Part shown: positions 61,103 to 64,000 of the stretch, in pieces
Numbering within the stretch: the first letter of the stretch is position 1
Layout of the letters: each line of letters starts with the position of its first letter
NCBI GenBank assembly: GCA_036507075.1
Contig: DASXQR010000073.1
Coordinates: 1 to 64,000 of the forward strand
DNA from: Acidobacteriota bacterium
GTDB lineage: Bacteria; Acidobacteriota; UBA6911; JACQSX01
Reading direction: 5' to 3'
DNA length: 64,000 nt
The notes under the pieces: generated by a model
The model's database searches: none
The model's input: only the letters and a program-made list of their open reading frames with translations
Told to the model about the DNA's origin: nothing
Position numbers and translations under genes: made by a program

Positions 61103-62146
61103 ATGAAAGAAGAACTTTCCAGCAGCCGATCGCGCGGGCTCCTCAGGCACCTGATCCAGGAGTACATCCATACCGGTGAGCCTGTCGGCTCCAGGCGCCT
61201 GTCGGAATTGAGCGAGGAAGGCTTAAGTCCGGCGACCATCCGCAACATGATGGCCGACCTGGAGGAGAGCGGCTACGTGTGCCAGCCGCATACCTCTGCC
61301 GGCCGGGTTCCCACGGAGAAAGGCTACCGTTTTTACGTCGATGCCTTGCTGGAGCGAAGAGAGCTTTCCGGACGGGATATTTCCGAAATCGACTGCGCTC
61401 TGGAAAGCGGAAACTCCAGCGCCAGTGATTTGCTTTCATGCGCTTCCAACATTCTCTCCACCGTTTCGAACAACGTCGGGTTTGTGGTCGCTCCCACCAT
61501 CCACCAGATGGTGCTCAGGCACGCCGAGTTCCTGCGACTGGCCGACAAGCGTGTGCTGGTGATCATCGTGGGCCAGTCGGGAATCGTTCAAAACCGGGTA
61601 ATTCGCATTGATGAGGACCTGAGCCAACTCGAACTGGATTATGCCGGTCGATATCTGGTGGCCCAATTCGCCGGGCTGACCTTGCCTACCATCAGACGGA
61701 AGTTGCTGCAGATGATGAAAGAAGAGAAGGCCCTTTACGACAAAATGCTGCAGCAGGTGGTCAAACTCGGCACCGCCGGCCTGGAAGATTCCGCCGGAGA
61801 GAGCAATGTTTATGTGGATGGAACGGCGCGGCTTGTCCGGAATCGTGAGTTTGCCGATGTCAAGCAGATGATCGAGATTTTCGAAATGTTCGAACACAAG
61901 AGCCGGCTGGTGAAGATTATCAGCGAGTGCATTCCCAGTGAATCCGGTCCGAAAGTGACCATCGGAATTGATGCGGGCACGCCCGCCGCCAACAATTTCG
62001 CCATGGTAACATCGTCTTATGCGTGCGCAGATCAGACACTGGGAGCAGTCGGAGTGCTGGGCCCCAAGCGGATGGAGTACGCTCGCGCTATTTCCCTGGT
62101 CGATCACGTCGCTAAGGCGGTGGAAAAAATTTTGAACAGGAACTGA
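61103..62146 (+). CDS. hrcA: heat-inducible transcription repressor HrcA
   Basis: EPVGSR, SPATIRN, QPHTSAGRVPT..GYRFYVD, GVLGPKRMEY. Confidence 0.96.
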   Translation: MKEELSSSRSRGLLRHLIQEYIHTGEPVGSRRLSELSEEGLSPATIRNMMADLEESGYVCQPHTSAGRVPTEKGYRFYVDALLERRELSGRDISEIDCALESGNSSASDLLSCASNILSTVSNNVGFVVAPTIHQMVLRHAEFLRLADKRVLVIIVGQSGIVQNRVIRIDEDLSQLELDYAGRYLVAQFAGLTLPTIRRKLLQMMKEEKALYDKMLQQVVKLGTAGLEDSAGESNVYVDGTARLVRNREFADVKQMIEIFEMFEHKSRLVKIISECIPSESGPKVTIGIDAGTPAANNFAMVTSSYACADQTLGAVGVLGPKRMEYARAISLVDHVAKAVEKILNRN

Positions 62147-62155
62147 CGGGGATTT

Positions 62156-62728
62156 ATGGCTGACAAGAAAGATTTCACGGCTACGGAGCACACCGAGAAC
62201 GAGAAGGAATCCGGCACGGCGGCAGATGAACCGCAGACGGCAGATACGACCGATTTTTTTGCCCAGTCGCTTGCCGCGCTGCAAAAAGAACGGGATGACT
62301 ACTATGACCGGCTGCTGCGCAAGCAGGCGGAGTTTGAAAACTACCGCAAGCGTGTGGAGAAGGAAAAATCAGATCTCCGTTTCGCAACCAGGCAGGAGAT
62401 CCTGAGAGAGTTGCTGAATGTACTTGATGCCTGTGAGCGCGGCCTGCAGAGTATGGATCAGCATGAGGCTTCTCTGGAGACTTACCGGGAAGGATACGAG
62501 CTGCTCTATAAACAGATACAAAACCTGCTCGCCAAATTTGGAGTGGAGCCGATTGAGGCAGTGGGACAGCCTTTTGATCCCAACGTGCATGAGGCCATTC
62601 TTCATGAATCCAGCGACTCCCACGAGGAAGGCGAAGTGATAGAAGAACTGAAGAAGGGCTACAGGCTCAATGATCGCCTGCTGCGCCCTGCCCAGGTAAA
62701 AGTCGCTCGCAGACAGGGCCAAGACTGA
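62156..62728 (+). CDS. grpE: nucleotide exchange factor GrpE
   Basis: AEFENYRKR, FDPNVHEA, KGYRL.DRLLRPAQVKV. Confidence 0.96.
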   Translation: MADKKDFTATEHTENEKESGTAADEPQTADTTDFFAQSLAALQKERDDYYDRLLRKQAEFENYRKRVEKEKSDLRFATRQEILRELLNVLDACERGLQSMDQHEASLETYREGYELLYKQIQNLLAKFGVEPIEAVGQPFDPNVHEAILHESSDSHEEGEVIEELKKGYRLNDRLLRPAQVKVARRQGQD

Positions 62729-62787
62729 AAAGCTTCCCTCTGTGTAACAAATTGGCAACTTCCTGTTCTTTTGCAAAGTTTTTCAAA

Positions 62788-62948
62788 GCCGTCTACGGGC
62801 ACGTGCACGTCAACGTCCACGATTACGTTTACGACTTCGCTCGGTTCGTTACAGACTGCGCAGAAACTGAGGAGCTGTCTGTGTGTTGTCGTGTTCGTGG
62901 ACGTGAGACGTGGTCGTTGACGTGGACGTGCTCGTGAACGTGGACGGC
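62788..62948. repeat. inverted hexamer array, family I (NNCACG / CGTGNN)
   Basis: GCCGTCTACGGGCACGTGCACGTCAACGTCCACG ... CGTTGACGTGGACGTGCTCGTGAACGTGGACGGC. Confidence 0.85.
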
Positions 62949-62999
62949 TTTTTGGTTGCGGCCTACGGCCGCGCTGTGTTGTAAGGGTTTATCGAAAAA

Positions 63000-64000
63000 A
63001 TGGCCAAGAGAGATTACTACGAAATATTAGGCATTTCACGCGATGCGCCGGGGCAGGATATAAAGCGAGCCTATCGAAAACTCGCCGTGCAGTATCATCC
63101 CGATAAAAATCCGGGCGACGCGGCAGCAGAAGAAAGGTTTAAGGAAGCTGCGGAAGCTTACGCCGTCCTGAGCGACCCTAACAAGCGGGCGCGCTATGAC
63201 AGGCTGGGCCACGCCGCTGCTCAGGGCTTCGGCGGTTTTGATCCGGATATCTTTTCCGACTTCAGCGACATATTGGGAGACTTCTTCGGTTTTGGGGACA
63301 TCTTCGGTTCGACGCGCGGAGGCCGCCGCGGCTACGCGCAGCGGGGCGCCGACCTTCGTTATGATTTGACGATTTCTTTTAAGGAAGCTGCCTTCGGCGT
63401 TAAGACCAAGATCAAAGTGCCGCGGCGGGAGACGTGCGAGAAGTGCAGTGGCTCGGGTGCGGAGCCGGGATCGGGACCGACCCAGTGCCCTACCTGCTAT
63501 GGCGCCGGACAGGTTCGCTACCAGCAGGGCTTCTTCAGTATCAGCCGCACCTGCTCGCAGTGCCGGGGTACGGGCCGCATCCTCAAGAATCCGTGTCAAA
63601 TCTGTCGTGGCGCGGGAACGGTGCCGCGTGAGAAGATCCTGGAAGTCAAAATTCCGGCCGGAGTGGACTCGGATTCCCGGCTGCGTATTTCCGGCGAAGG
63701 CGAAGCGGGAGGCAATGGCGCGCCTCCAGGCGATCTTTATGTAGTGCTCAGCGTCGAGGAGGACGATTTCTTCAAGCGCCAGGACAACAACATTTACTGC
63801 GAAGTTCCCGTCGGGTTTACCCAGGCGGCTCTCGGCGCGGAGTTGATGATCCCCACGCTGGAAGGCGAGGAGAAGCTGCGCATTCCTGAAGGAACTCAGA
63901 CCGGCACCACCTTCAGGCTCCGCGCGAAGGGCATCGTAAGCCTGAACGGACGCGGCAGGGGCGACCAGTTCGTCACCATGCGGGTCGTGACTCCGGAGCG
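63000..64000 (+). CDS. dnaJ: chaperone DnaJ (runs off the window end; not in the ORF track)
   Basis: MAKRDYYEILG, HPD motif, G/F region, four CxxCxGxG repeats, GDLYV. Confidence 0.97.
   Translation, partial: MAKRDYYEILGISRDAPGQDIKRAYRKLAVQYHPDKNPGDAAAEERFKEAAEAYAVLSDPNKRARYDRLGHAAAQGFGGFDPDIFSDFSDILGDFFGFGDIFGSTRGGRRGYAQRGADLRYDLTISFKEAAFGVKTKIKVPRRETCEKCSGSGAEPGSGPTQCPTCYGAGQVRYQQGFFSISRTCSQCRGTGRILKNPCQICRGAGTVPREKILEVKIPAGVDSDSRLRISGEGEAGGNGAPPGDLYVVLSVEEDDFFKRQDNNIYCEVPVGFTQAALGAELMIPTLEGEEKLRIPEGTQTGTTFRLRAKGIVSLNGRGRGDQFVTMRVVTPE

Overview
Core-genome segment of a moderately GC-rich bacterium, most likely Acidobacteriota (acidobacterial VWFA-related protein, matrixin with tandem beta-sandwich repeats, Tat-exported TIM barrel). 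It holds about 49 protein genes, mostly housekeeping: rimP-nusA-infB-DUF503-rbfA-nrnA-truB-rpsO-pnp-larB-mutS2-dnaG-rpoD on the minus strand; an M16 pair with tldD-pmbA; pcrA, a DegP-type protease, ald, and hrcA-grpE-dnaJ (dnaJ runs off the window end, and dnaK is absent). I saw no rRNA, tRNA, CRISPR array or intact transposase. The most unusual signal is intergenic. Many spacers contain an inverted array of short tandem repeats ([unit]n - loop - [reverse complement]m): about 25 arrays from at least 9 unit families of 6-9 nt. Several are nested in one another or in MITE-like elements with terminal inverted repeats. One array encloses a doubly frameshifted four-helix-bundle (23S-IVP/Avd-like) gene, which suggests a repeat-armed mobile cassette and its empty derivatives. 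Other notable loci are an NsrA/CyaK-like pair (FecR-TPR-beta-barrel plus CHASE2 adenylate cyclase), and a ParB-like plus atypical spore-photoproduct-lyase-like radical SAM operon divergent from pcrA. All calls come from reading sequence and motifs only; no database search was run.
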